Below, piece by piece: positions 9,837 to 19,175 of a stretch of DNA of 64,000 bases. The translations under genes and the position numbers were made by a program. Source of the stretch: Bacteroidales bacterium (GTDB lineage Bacteria; Bacteroidota; Bacteroidia; Bacteroidales; UBA932); assembly GCA_017960585.1 (NCBI GenBank), contig JAGCYX010000111.1, forward strand, positions 1,068-65,067, in the 5' to 3' direction. The notes under the pieces were generated by a model. It was not told where the DNA came from and did no database searches. It worked only from the letters and a program-made list of their open reading frames with translations. How positions within the stretch are numbered: position 1 is the first letter of the stretch; each line of letters starts with the position of its first letter.

Positions 9837-12770
9837 ATGGTGGACTATTGTATAAAGAAGGTGGATTTTTTTCTGGCAGTTTTTCTCTGCCTGACGCTGT
9901 TTTCCGGGCCACTTTCCGCCCAGAAGGTCGCCGAAGACTACATTGTCATCGATCAGCTCTCCCGCGAGAACGGACTTCCGGACCAGGATGTCAACGGTAT
10001 TTATTTCGACAGCCGGGGTTTTGCCTGGATCAGCACCTTCGGCGGTGGACTGGTCCGTTACGACGGGGATTCCTTCATCACCTTCTCTTCCAAAACGAAA
10101 CCGGGATTCATCGGCGATTTCGTCAATCGCTGCAGCGAAGACGGCTACAGGAGACTGTGGGTCCCCTGCGCGGGAGCCTTGAATATCTTGGATCTGAGGA
10201 CGCTCGACGTCATCGACGAACTTCCCGGCATGACCCGGGAATGGCGTCTGTCGCATTCTCCGGTCAACGTGAGCCGGGACGCCAAGGGCTGCATGTGGTT
10301 TACGTCCAACGACCTGCTGTACCGGGTGGCCTTCACCGACGACGGAAGGCGCGTCGTCATCGACTCCCTGCAATGCAAAGTCTCCAACTACAACCTCATG
10401 TCCGAGGTCTGCGACGTGGACGAGGACGGTTCGGCCTGGATATCCAACAACGGACACATCTTCAAAGTACGACACATCGAAGACCGGGGGCTGTTCATGT
10501 CGGAAATCCTGCCGGGCTTCGAGATCGGGGACGACAACCGGGCCACGTCGTTCCTCCGCTCCGGGAATGATGTGTGGATCGGGACGCTGCACGGCCTGTA
10601 CCGGGTGAACATCGCCACGGGCAGCAGCATTCTCTATCAGCATTCGGAATCGGACCCCAAGTCCATCCCGAACGACGAAATCACCGGCCTGTGCGTTTCT
10701 CCGGAAGGAGAAATCGTGATCGGAACCCTGGGAGGCATCTGCATTTGCAACGCCGCAGATCAGACGTTCGACATCTATCGGTCCCGGCCGAACGAATACG
10801 GGAACGCGCTTCTTCCCGGAGAGCTGGTGCGAAGCGTCGTCTCCTGGGACCGGCAGATCTGGGTCGGCCTGGAAGCGGAAGGACTGGCCGTCATCCAGAA
10901 AAAGCCGCTCCCAATCTTCAATCTTTCACAGATCGAGTGTACGACCTCCGCCATCCCGCCCACGCCCGTACGCGCTATGTTCATAGACAGTAAGGACAAT
11001 CTGTGGCTGGCCACCACCGAGTACGGCGTGTGCAAACAGGTCGACGGACTGCTGTTCCGAAACTACAACTCAAAGAACTCCGCCCTGTCGGAGAACTCGA
11101 TCACGGGATTCTGCGAGGACGGGCAGGGCAGGATCTGGACCGGCTCCGTGACCGGGCGCCTGAATTATATCAGTACGAACGGCGCCGATGTCATCCACGT
11201 CCCGGCCGGGCACGCGTCGGAAACGGCGAAGAGCATCGACGTCATCCTCGGTTTGATGTACGACAGCATCAACGATTACGTCTGGATCTCGGCGCACAAC
11301 GGGCTCTATTTCTATGACCTGCGGAAGTCCACCTACAACCGCTACCACGTCCGGACAAGCTCCTGCTTCGGAGCCTGCCTTGCAGGGGACCAATTGTGGG
11401 TAAGCGGCATGGAGGGCCTCAACGTCATCGACCTGAACACTCTGAACAACAGACTGATAGCCGGATTCCCCGGCTGCCTTTCGATGCTGGTCGACGGGGA
11501 CACCCTCTGGGCGGGCACGTACGGTAGCGGACTGTACAAGGTGGTCGACTGCCTGTCGGAAGAGCCGGACATCACGATCTACTCGGACAAGGACGGCCTG
11601 GCGGACGGACAGATCCACGGCCTGCTGCTGGATGGCATCAATCTGTGGATCACGACGGAGAACGGTCTCTCCCGTCTCGACACGCAGGTCGGGGACATGA
11701 CCAGCTACGGCATCAAGGACGGACTCAAATCCATGGCGTTCTGCGAGAACAGCCTGGCGAAAGCGGACAACGGGACCATCTATCTCGGCCAGAAGGAAGG
11801 CCTCAGCATCCTGCGGGCCGGCTATGTCCGGACGGAATACGGCAACAAGCCCGACGTGGCCATCACCGGGTACTACGCCCGGGAACTCTTCCACAATCTC
11901 TCGCTTACCGACACCATCAGCAAGGACGAGAGCGACAGCGACTTCGTGTTGAAATTCAGCGATCTGTCCTATTCGAGAAAGTCGGACATCACCTACGAAA
12001 GCCGGGTGTTGCCGCGGGACAGGAACTGGTCCCCCGTCTTCGGGAACGGCACCTATGTCATCTTCGGACACATCCCGGGCGGGAAATACCGCGTTCAGAT
12101 CCGCGCGATCGACAAGAAAGGAAACGTCCTGTCCCAGGACGAGAAGCTCCTGCAGGTCAGGCCCGTCGTCTATAAACGGTGGTGGTTCCGTCTGCTGGTC
12201 ATGCTGTTCACCCTCCTGGTCGGCTGTCTGGTCGTGTGGTGGTATACCCGGTCCGTCACCCGCTCCCGGGAACAGCTGCGAAAGGAAGTGGACCGGCAGA
12301 CCAAGGTCCTGAACGACCAGAAAAAGGAACTGGAGAAGCGGGCGGAGGAACTGTCGGAGCAGAATGCGCTGCTGCAGAAGCAGAATGAAATGATCGCGAG
12401 CCATAACACGCTGCTGTCCAGCTCGTTGGCCAACAAGGATTCCGATTTCTCGATCAAGCTGCTGGAAGCCGTCCAGAAAATGTACAAGGACCCGGAACTC
12501 GACGTCCACGGCCTCGCCAACGCCATGGGCATGAGCCGCAGCCTGCTGAACGAAAAGATCCAGTCTTCATTCGGCCAGTCCATCGCGCAGTTCATCCGGA
12601 CCTACCGCCTGAACGTCGCGAAGGAAATGATCTGCAACGGCACCAACAAAGACATGAATATCTCCGAGATCGCGTACGAAATCGGTTTCAACGATCCGAA
12701 GTACTTCACCCGGTGTTTTACGAAGGAGTTCAATGCAACTCCTTCCGAACTGTTCAAGGAGAATAATTAG
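9837..12770 (+). CDS. HTCS-like sensor: beta-propeller + Y_Y_Y + TM + coiled coil + AraC HTH, with no kinase or receiver domain
   Basis: DSRGFAWISTFGGGL propeller repeats; IPGGKYRVQIRA; WWFRLL TM; ISEIAYEIGFNDPKYFTRCF. Confidence 0.9.
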   Translation: MVDYCIKKVDFFLAVFLCLTLFSGPLSAQKVAEDYIVIDQLSRENGLPDQDVNGIYFDSRGFAWISTFGGGLVRYDGDSFITFSSKTKPGFIGDFVNRCSEDGYRRLWVPCAGALNILDLRTLDVIDELPGMTREWRLSHSPVNVSRDAKGCMWFTSNDLLYRVAFTDDGRRVVIDSLQCKVSNYNLMSEVCDVDEDGSAWISNNGHIFKVRHIEDRGLFMSEILPGFEIGDDNRATSFLRSGNDVWIGTLHGLYRVNIATGSSILYQHSESDPKSIPNDEITGLCVSPEGEIVIGTLGGICICNAADQTFDIYRSRPNEYGNALLPGELVRSVVSWDRQIWVGLEAEGLAVIQKKPLPIFNLSQIECTTSAIPPTPVRAMFIDSKDNLWLATTEYGVCKQVDGLLFRNYNSKNSALSENSITGFCEDGQGRIWTGSVTGRLNYISTNGADVIHVPAGHASETAKSIDVILGLMYDSINDYVWISAHNGLYFYDLRKSTYNRYHVRTSSCFGACLAGDQLWVSGMEGLNVIDLNTLNNRLIAGFPGCLSMLVDGDTLWAGTYGSGLYKVVDCLSEEPDITIYSDKDGLADGQIHGLLLDGINLWITTENGLSRLDTQVGDMTSYGIKDGLKSMAFCENSLAKADNGTIYLGQKEGLSILRAGYVRTEYGNKPDVAITGYYARELFHNLSLTDTISKDESDSDFVLKFSDLSYSRKSDITYESRVLPRDRNWSPVFGNGTYVIFGHIPGGKYRVQIRAIDKKGNVLSQDEKLLQVRPVVYKRWWFRLLVMLFTLLVGCLVVWWYTRSVTRSREQLRKEVDRQTKVLNDQKKELEKRAEELSEQNALLQKQNEMIASHNTLLSSSLANKDSDFSIKLLEAVQKMYKDPELDVHGLANAMGMSRSLLNEKIQSSFGQSIAQFIRTYRLNVAKEMICNGTNKDMNISEIAYEIGFNDPKYFTRCFTKEFNATPSELFKENN

Positions 12771-12774
12771 AAGC

Positions 12775-13239
12775 CTACTTCCGCTTCTTGGCGGCGCGAC
12801 GGGCCTCGCGGGCGGCCTGTTTCTCCGCCTTGCGGGCTTCTGCGGCGTCCAGCTCCGCCTGGCGGGCGGACTTGGTCTTGAACATGATTACGCCGTTCTG
12901 GCCCTGCACGCCGTAGATGGCGGAAGTGCCGTCCTTCAGGACCTCGACCGAATAGATGTCCTCAGGAAGGAGGTACGTGATATTGTCCGTAATGATGCCG
13001 TCCACCACGAAGAGAGGCTGGGTCTGATCGGAATTGGTGCCGATGCCGCGAATGACGATCTGCGGCATGTCGCCGGCGCCGTTGGTCGGGCTCACGGTCA
13101 CGCCCGGCTCGCCCCGGAGCAGGTCGAACACGGAATTGTACTGCGTCTTATCCTTGGGGTTGCGGACTTTCTCCTGCGCACCCAGCATGCCGCACACAAG
13201 CGCGAACGCGGCAATCAAAATGGCTGTCTTCTTCATCAT
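12775..13239 (-). CDS. Stand-alone TonB-dependent receptor plug-domain protein
   Basis: Signal peptide MMKKTAILIAAF; IVIRGIGT, PLFVVDG, SVEVLKDGTSAIYGVQGQNGVI; 154 aa, no barrel. Confidence 0.85.
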   Translation of the reverse strand: MMKKTAILIAAFALVCGMLGAQEKVRNPKDKTQYNSVFDLLRGEPGVTVSPTNGAGDMPQIVIRGIGTNSDQTQPLFVVDGIITDNITYLLPEDIYSVEVLKDGTSAIYGVQGQNGVIMFKTKSARQAELDAAEARKAEKQAAREARRAAKKRK

Positions 13240-13311
13240 AACGTTCGCAAAGATAGCATTTTTTCTTATCTTTACTTCCCGTAAACGCATCAAAAACCAT
13301 TCCAAGTGTCC

Positions 13312-15783
13312 ATGAAACGTTTTGCTTTCCTCCTGCTGCTTCTCCTCGCCGGCCTGTCCGCCCAGGCCGTCCGGCCTCCGAAGCAGAAACCCAATTATGA
13401 CCTGGCCTCGCAGTTCTCCGCCAAGCGGATCTCCCAGATGGTCTTCTCCACCACGCTGACCCCCAACTGGTTCCGCGACTCGGACAAATTCTGGTACGAG
13501 TGGAAGACTCCCGCGGGTACGCAATACTGGATCGTGGATCCCGAGACCGGCAGCCGCACGCCCGCCTTCGACGTGGAGAAGCTCGCGATGCAGATCACGC
13601 AGATCGTGCGCGACCCCTTCGACGCGCAGCACCTGCCCATCGAGGGACTGAAGCTCGAAGACGACAAGTACTTCCGCTTCGACATCCGGAGCACGCAGGA
13701 AGTGCCCGACACGCTCGCGCAGAAGCGCGCCGAGCGCGAGAAGAAGGAAGGCGACAAGGGCCCCCAGGGCCCCCAGAAGCCGCCCATGACCAAGAAGGTC
13801 TTCCATTTCCAGTACGAGATCGCCACCGGAAAGCTGGAAGAGTACAAGCCCGAGAAGCGGGAGTATCCCGCCTGGGCCAGCATCTCGCCGGACGGGCAGA
13901 CGGGCGTCTACGTGAAGAACGCCAACCTCTTCTGGATGGACAAGGAGAACCTGGCCAAGGCCGCCGAGGACGAGAAGGACTCCACCCTCGTGGAGCACCG
14001 TCTGACCTCCGACGGCGTCCGCCAGTACGGCTACGGCGGCGACAACTACATGGGCGACACCGAGCAGGACACGACCAGGCGCTCGATGGCGCGCGTGATC
14101 TGGTCGCCGGACAGCCGGCATTTCGCAATCTTCAAGTACGACATGCGGAACATCAAGGACCTCTGGGTGATCAACGCCCTCAGCCAGCCGCGCCCCACGC
14201 TCGAGACCTATAAATATCAGATGCCCGGCGAGCCCGGCCCCACCGAGGAACTCTTCGTGTTCACGATGCCGGACGGCACGTCCAAACGCTACCGGATCAA
14301 CGCGTTCAAGGACCAGGACAGCGAGATTTCCACGCGCCCGCGCAAGTTCCGCGAGACCTACGACAAATACCGCTCCCGCGTATGGCTGGGCGACAATGAC
14401 GGCTTCTGGCTGGTCCGCGGCTCGCGCGACCTGCACCGCATGGACGTGTGCCACGTGGACCTGGCCGGCGACTCCACCCGCACCGTGATCTCCGAGCGGA
14501 TGAACACCTATGTCGAAGACCGGCAGATCCGGCTGGTCGGCGGCGGGAAGCAGCTCATCTGGTGGTCCGAGCGCAACGGCTGGGCCAACCTCTATCTCTA
14601 TAACGCCGACGGCACCCTCGTGCGCAACCTCACGGAGGGGGCCTACCACGTCGAGGACGTGATCGAGGTCAACGAGAAGGAAGGCTACGTGCTCTTCTCC
14701 GCCTGCGGCGTGAACAAGGACGAGAACCCCTACCAGATGCACACCTGGCGCGTCGCCCTGTCCGGCGGGCCCATCCGGCAGCTGGACATGGACGACATGA
14801 ACGTGGAGGCGACGGCGAGCGACGACGGCCGCTGGATGGTGGCCAACTGCTCCCGCGTGGACTATGCGCCAGAGGCCTGGCTGATCGGCCGCGACGGCAA
14901 GCGCAAGCTCCTCGACAAGGCCGACCTGAGCCTGCTTTACGCCGCGGGCTACAAGATGCCGGAGCGCTTCAAGGTCAAGGCGGCCGACGGCGTCACGGAC
15001 CTCTACGGCGCGATGTACAAGCCCTTCGACTTCGACTCCACGCGCGTCTACCCCATCATCGACTACGTCTATCCCGGCCCGCAGGTCGAGGCCAACAACA
15101 TCGAGTGGTCCAAAGGCATGGTGCGCACCGACCGCCTGGCCCAGGTGGGCTTCATCGTGATCACGGTGGGCAACCGCGGCGGCCACCCCAACCGCTCCAA
15201 GTGGTACCACAACTACGGCTACGGCAACCTGCGCGACTACGGCCTGGAGGACCAGAAATACGCCATCCAGCAGCTCGCGGGGCGGTACAGCTTCATCGAC
15301 ATCGACCGCGTGGGCATCCACGGCCACTCCGGCGGCGGCTTCATGTCCACGGCAGCCATCCTGCAGTACCCCGACTTCTTCAAGGCGGCGGTGTCCTGCG
15401 CCGGCAACCACGACAACAGCATCTACAACCGCTGGTGGAGCGAGACGCACCACGGCGTGACCGAGAAGGTGGAGCAGAGCGACACCACCTTCGTCTACCA
15501 CATCGAGACCAATCCGGAAATCGCCTCCCGGCTCAAGGGTCACCTGATGCTGGTCCACGGCGACATCGACAACAACGTCAACCCGGCCAACACCATCCGC
15601 GTCGTGAACGCGCTGATCCGGGCCAACAAGCGTTTCGACCTGCTGATCCTCCCCGGCCAGCGCCACGGTTTCGGCGACATGAACGAATACTTCTTCTACC
15701 GCCTCGCGGACTACTTCTCAGATTGGTTGCTGGGAGAGAGCGAGCGGGACGAGGTGGACGTACGGGAGCTGAATAACGACTGA
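13312..15783 (+). CDS. S9 family dipeptidyl peptidase IV-like protein
   Basis: YVYPGPQ, GHSGGG nucleophile, HGDIDNNV, GQRHGF. Confidence 0.92.
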   Translation: MKRFAFLLLLLLAGLSAQAVRPPKQKPNYDLASQFSAKRISQMVFSTTLTPNWFRDSDKFWYEWKTPAGTQYWIVDPETGSRTPAFDVEKLAMQITQIVRDPFDAQHLPIEGLKLEDDKYFRFDIRSTQEVPDTLAQKRAEREKKEGDKGPQGPQKPPMTKKVFHFQYEIATGKLEEYKPEKREYPAWASISPDGQTGVYVKNANLFWMDKENLAKAAEDEKDSTLVEHRLTSDGVRQYGYGGDNYMGDTEQDTTRRSMARVIWSPDSRHFAIFKYDMRNIKDLWVINALSQPRPTLETYKYQMPGEPGPTEELFVFTMPDGTSKRYRINAFKDQDSEISTRPRKFRETYDKYRSRVWLGDNDGFWLVRGSRDLHRMDVCHVDLAGDSTRTVISERMNTYVEDRQIRLVGGGKQLIWWSERNGWANLYLYNADGTLVRNLTEGAYHVEDVIEVNEKEGYVLFSACGVNKDENPYQMHTWRVALSGGPIRQLDMDDMNVEATASDDGRWMVANCSRVDYAPEAWLIGRDGKRKLLDKADLSLLYAAGYKMPERFKVKAADGVTDLYGAMYKPFDFDSTRVYPIIDYVYPGPQVEANNIEWSKGMVRTDRLAQVGFIVITVGNRGGHPNRSKWYHNYGYGNLRDYGLEDQKYAIQQLAGRYSFIDIDRVGIHGHSGGGFMSTAAILQYPDFFKAAVSCAGNHDNSIYNRWWSETHHGVTEKVEQSDTTFVYHIETNPEIASRLKGHLMLVHGDIDNNVNPANTIRVVNALIRANKRFDLLILPGQRHGFGDMNEYFFYRLADYFSDWLLGESERDEVDVRELNND

Positions 15784-15794
15784 GATCGCGGGGC

Positions 15795-17246
15795 TCAACT
15801 GCAGAGCCCCGCTTCTTTTGCCTTGTAGATCATTTCGGGCGTGCTCTTCACGCCCATTTTCGTGTAGATGTTCTGCTTGTGGTTCGTCACGGTGCGGGGC
15901 GAGATGTGCAGCATATCCGCGATCCTGGCGGCCGACAGGCCCTGGCTCGTGAGCCGGAGGATCTCCAGCTCCCGCTCGGTCAGTCCGGAGAGCTCCACCG
16001 TCTTCTTCCGGTGCATGATGATCTTGCAGAAATAGTCCACGACATCGTCGTTGAGCGTCTTGGATTTGCCGACCGTTTCCGTGACGGCGCTGCGGATACC
16101 TGCCTCGTCCATCGCATAGCTGTTCCGGGCCAGCTCCATCATCTCGTTCACCCCGGGCAGGGAGGTGACGTCCACCAGGTCGGAGGAAATCGCCTCCAGG
16201 AGATTCTTCTTCGAGGCGTCGGCCTTCGCCAGGGCGTCGTTCTGCCGCCGGATCTTGCGGCCGTACCAGAGCGACTGGAAGAAGAAGAGAAGGACCAGGA
16301 GGAAGAGCACCGCCAGGGCGATGAGGAAGCGCCGCGTCTGTTCGTTCTGGCGCTCCTTGACCAGGTAGGCGTAATGGTCTTCCAGCTCCTGCAGGCGGCT
16401 GTCGGACTTCTGGCGCAGGTATTCCTGCATCGCGTAGACATAGCGCCGGTGATTCTCCACGGATATCTCCGGCTCGCCCATGGCGGAGTACAGAACCGTC
16501 AGCTGGTCGTAGATCTGCTGCCGGGCCAGCCAGTCCGAAGGGTCCGACATGAACAGGTATTTCTCGCAATACTCGATGGCGTCTTCCGTGTTCCCGCCCT
16601 GCCGCAGGTAGCGCAAGCGGAACGCGATGCTCCGCCGGGACAGGTCCGGAAGCGAGTCGGCGGCGGCGATCCTTTCCCCTTCGTCGAGGTACTTTCCCGC
16701 CAGTTCGTAGTATTCCGGCACCAGCGTCTGGTTCCAGCGGTTCTTGTTGACGTATACTTCCGACAGGTGGAGGCAGGTCAGGATGTGTTCCGGGGCCAGG
16801 CCTTTCTCCTGCGACAGCTGATACGCCTCCTGGAGATAGCGGATGGCCTCGTCGTCCCGGCTGGACTCCTCGGAAATGCCGGCATACGAGCATACCCGCC
16901 CTTTCAGGGTCAGGGCCTCGCACAAAGATCGGTCGAGGCCATATTCCCGAGCCAGTTCCTCGGCGGAACAGGCGGCGTCCCACGCCTGGGCGTCGCGCAT
17001 GGCCTGGAGGTCGATCAGCGAGATGACGCAAAAGGCGTCGGTCTTCAGGACCGGGTCATTGATATCGCCCGCCAGCGTCAGGGCGTGGAGGGCGGCGTCC
17101 ATCGCCCCGTCATAATCCTGCTCCGCCACCAGTTCCCGGCTCCGGTCGATCAGGTCCCGGATTTCTGCGGGCGAAGAGGTTTTATGCCCGCAACCGGCGG
17201 CCAGGAGGGCCGTCAGGACGAGAAGCAATATATAGGTTCTATTCAT
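15795..17246 (-). CDS. Membrane-spanning TPR-like sensor with C-terminal LuxR HTH
   Basis: Signal ..LAAGC; helical repeats; TM FLIALAVLFLLVLLFFF; LTERELEILRLTSQGLSAARIADMLHISPRTVTNHKQNIYTKMGV. Confidence 0.9.
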   Translation of the reverse strand: MNRTYILLLVLTALLAAGCGHKTSSPAEIRDLIDRSRELVAEQDYDGAMDAALHALTLAGDINDPVLKTDAFCVISLIDLQAMRDAQAWDAACSAEELAREYGLDRSLCEALTLKGRVCSYAGISEESSRDDEAIRYLQEAYQLSQEKGLAPEHILTCLHLSEVYVNKNRWNQTLVPEYYELAGKYLDEGERIAAADSLPDLSRRSIAFRLRYLRQGGNTEDAIEYCEKYLFMSDPSDWLARQQIYDQLTVLYSAMGEPEISVENHRRYVYAMQEYLRQKSDSRLQELEDHYAYLVKERQNEQTRRFLIALAVLFLLVLLFFFQSLWYGRKIRRQNDALAKADASKKNLLEAISSDLVDVTSLPGVNEMMELARNSYAMDEAGIRSAVTETVGKSKTLNDDVVDYFCKIIMHRKKTVELSGLTERELEILRLTSQGLSAARIADMLHISPRTVTNHKQNIYTKMGVKSTPEMIYKAKEAGLCS

Positions 17247-17330
17247 ACAGAATTCCGATTTCGGCGGCAAGTTAATCATAATATTTGAGATTGTAGGCAA
17301 GAATACTCATTTTAACAGGTGCAACATGAT

Positions 17331-17377
17331 ATGAGTAATTCTACTCATTGATTATTTGCGCCAGGAGGATACCTTTG
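17331..17377 (+). promoter_or_regulatory. Operator ATGAGTAATTCTACTCAT abutting promoter TTG-N19-TACCTTTG
   Basis: Same box and spacing as 3220-3267; extra half-site TACTCAT at 17304-17310. Confidence 0.75.
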
Positions 17378-17420
17378 CCTCCGAAACAACGCGACACAAA
17401 CGCTTAAATCAACCCATACC

Positions 17421-19094
17421 ATGAACGCAAAACTCATTCTCCTCTCCCTGGCGGCCCTCCTGACCGTCATGCCTGCTCCCGCCCAGACGCCCAGGCGTAC
17501 CATTAAAAGAAATACGACCGAGACCAGTACCAGAAATATGCGTCGGTACAATCCCGGCTCCAATGCGAATTCCAACTCGAGCGCGAACGACGCCGACAAG
17601 TCCCGCCGCGACGCCATCAACAACGGCTTCAATGGCCAGGTCTCCAAGGACAACGCCGCCGCGCTCACCCGCACCCCGCTCGCGGACGAGAAGCTTCCCA
17701 GCATCATCGTCAACCGCAGCGGCGAAGCCTATATTCTTGAGAACGTGACCAAGAAGGCGGAAGTGTCCGGCGAGGAGATGTTCGCCATGCCGACCAGCGG
17801 CATCTACCCCGGCGCCCTCGTCTATGCCGACAAGGATCTCGCCGACGGCAAGCCGACCCTCGTCGGCCTCAGCTACGGCACGGTGACCCTGTACCTGGAC
17901 TTCGACAACGGCAAGCAGGCATATAAAGAGGGTGTCATCAACGACGCCGCCCACGTGCGCGAGGCCATCTACGAACTGCTCCGCCAGAACAGCGGCAACT
18001 ACGCTCCGCCCATCAACCTCAACGCCAAGAAGACCACCTACAGCAGCTCCGCCAAGATGGCGCTGGACCTGAACGTGAGCGCCAAGTTCCTGGGCTCCAC
18101 GGCCAACGTGGACACCCACACCTCCACCACGGAAACGTCCCTGGTCGAGGTCCAGGACTTCACCCAGGCCTACTACACCGTGACGGCCGTCCAGGAGCCG
18201 GACAAGTCCAAGTATTTCGGCGACGACATCACCTGGGCCCAGATCCAGCAGAAGATCAACCAGAACGGCCCCATCGCGATGATCAACTCCGTCACCTACG
18301 GCCGCCGCGCGTACAAATTCTATGAGTACAAAACTTCCGACTTCAACTTCACCGGCAGCCAGAGCGGCAGCTATTCCGGCGTCTCCGCCTCCGCCAAGGA
18401 AGACATCACCAAGAGCAGCAAGGCCTCCAAGGAGTGGATGTACATCAAGGGCGGCAACTCCAGCATGGCCAAGGAGATCCTGACCGGCAGCGAGATCAAC
18501 GCCGCCGCGGCGGGCAACCTCGAAATCGGCCCGAACAACCAGGGCGTCCTGCTCACCTACACCGCCTCCTTCCTGGCCAGCGGCCGCCACTGCACGGCCA
18601 GCACCACGGCATCCTACAACGAGACCGCCTACATCAAGTGCCCGCACACCGTCCGCTGGGAGATCAAGAACCGCGCGAACGCGGCCGGCGACTGCATCAA
18701 GTTCAAGGGTATGTATAACGTGATCGCCGTCACCGGAGACGCCACCCGCGGCTACTCCTACCGCATCATCAAGGGCAACGGCACCGGCGAGGACGGCTAC
18801 GCGGACTATTTCGAGAACCACTACTCGAACGGCACGCAGAAGACACGCACCATCCCGACCAACGACATCGAGAAGAAGGGTGTCCGCATCGAGGACTGCT
18901 ACATCTACGGACCGGTCCACTACACCATCCGTTCCCAGACCGCCAAGGGGCAGAAATTCCACGAGGACGAAGCCGGCTACTTCGACATCAGCAGCGGCTC
19001 CATGAAGGTCTACATGAACGGCAGCGCCCTCGCCGGCGGCAAGGGGGTCTACATCCACAGCGACACCAACCCCATGCCCATCGGCAAGAAATAA
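17421..19094 (+). CDS. Secreted thiol-activated (cholesterol-dependent) cytolysin-like protein
   Basis: IYPGALVYAD, QAYYTVTA, INSVTYGRRAY (conserved YGR) and GVLLTYTASFL match CDC domain 1-3 landmarks; signal peptide without a lipobox Cys. Confidence 0.8.
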   Translation: MNAKLILLSLAALLTVMPAPAQTPRRTIKRNTTETSTRNMRRYNPGSNANSNSSANDADKSRRDAINNGFNGQVSKDNAAALTRTPLADEKLPSIIVNRSGEAYILENVTKKAEVSGEEMFAMPTSGIYPGALVYADKDLADGKPTLVGLSYGTVTLYLDFDNGKQAYKEGVINDAAHVREAIYELLRQNSGNYAPPINLNAKKTTYSSSAKMALDLNVSAKFLGSTANVDTHTSTTETSLVEVQDFTQAYYTVTAVQEPDKSKYFGDDITWAQIQQKINQNGPIAMINSVTYGRRAYKFYEYKTSDFNFTGSQSGSYSGVSASAKEDITKSSKASKEWMYIKGGNSSMAKEILTGSEINAAAAGNLEIGPNNQGVLLTYTASFLASGRHCTASTTASYNETAYIKCPHTVRWEIKNRANAAGDCIKFKGMYNVIAVTGDATRGYSYRIIKGNGTGEDGYADYFENHYSNGTQKTRTIPTNDIEKKGVRIEDCYIYGPVHYTIRSQTAKGQKFHEDEAGYFDISSGSMKVYMNGSALAGGKGVYIHSDTNPMPIGKK

Positions 19095-19122
19095 TCACGG
19101 TCCCGGCAACCGCATTCCTTGC

Positions 19123-19158
19123 AAAAAGTCGATCGCCCTCGGGCGGTCGACTTTTTTT
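19123..19158 (+). terminator. Intrinsic terminator
   Basis: AAAAAGTCGATCGCCC-TC-GGGCGGTCGACTTTTTTT. Confidence 0.85.
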
Positions 19159-19175
19159 CGTACATTTGCGATAAT

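Noticed and set aside
12775-15666. 963-aa ORF suggesting a large plug fusion
   Set aside because: Only the last 154 aa are real; the rest is antisense to the S9 peptidase
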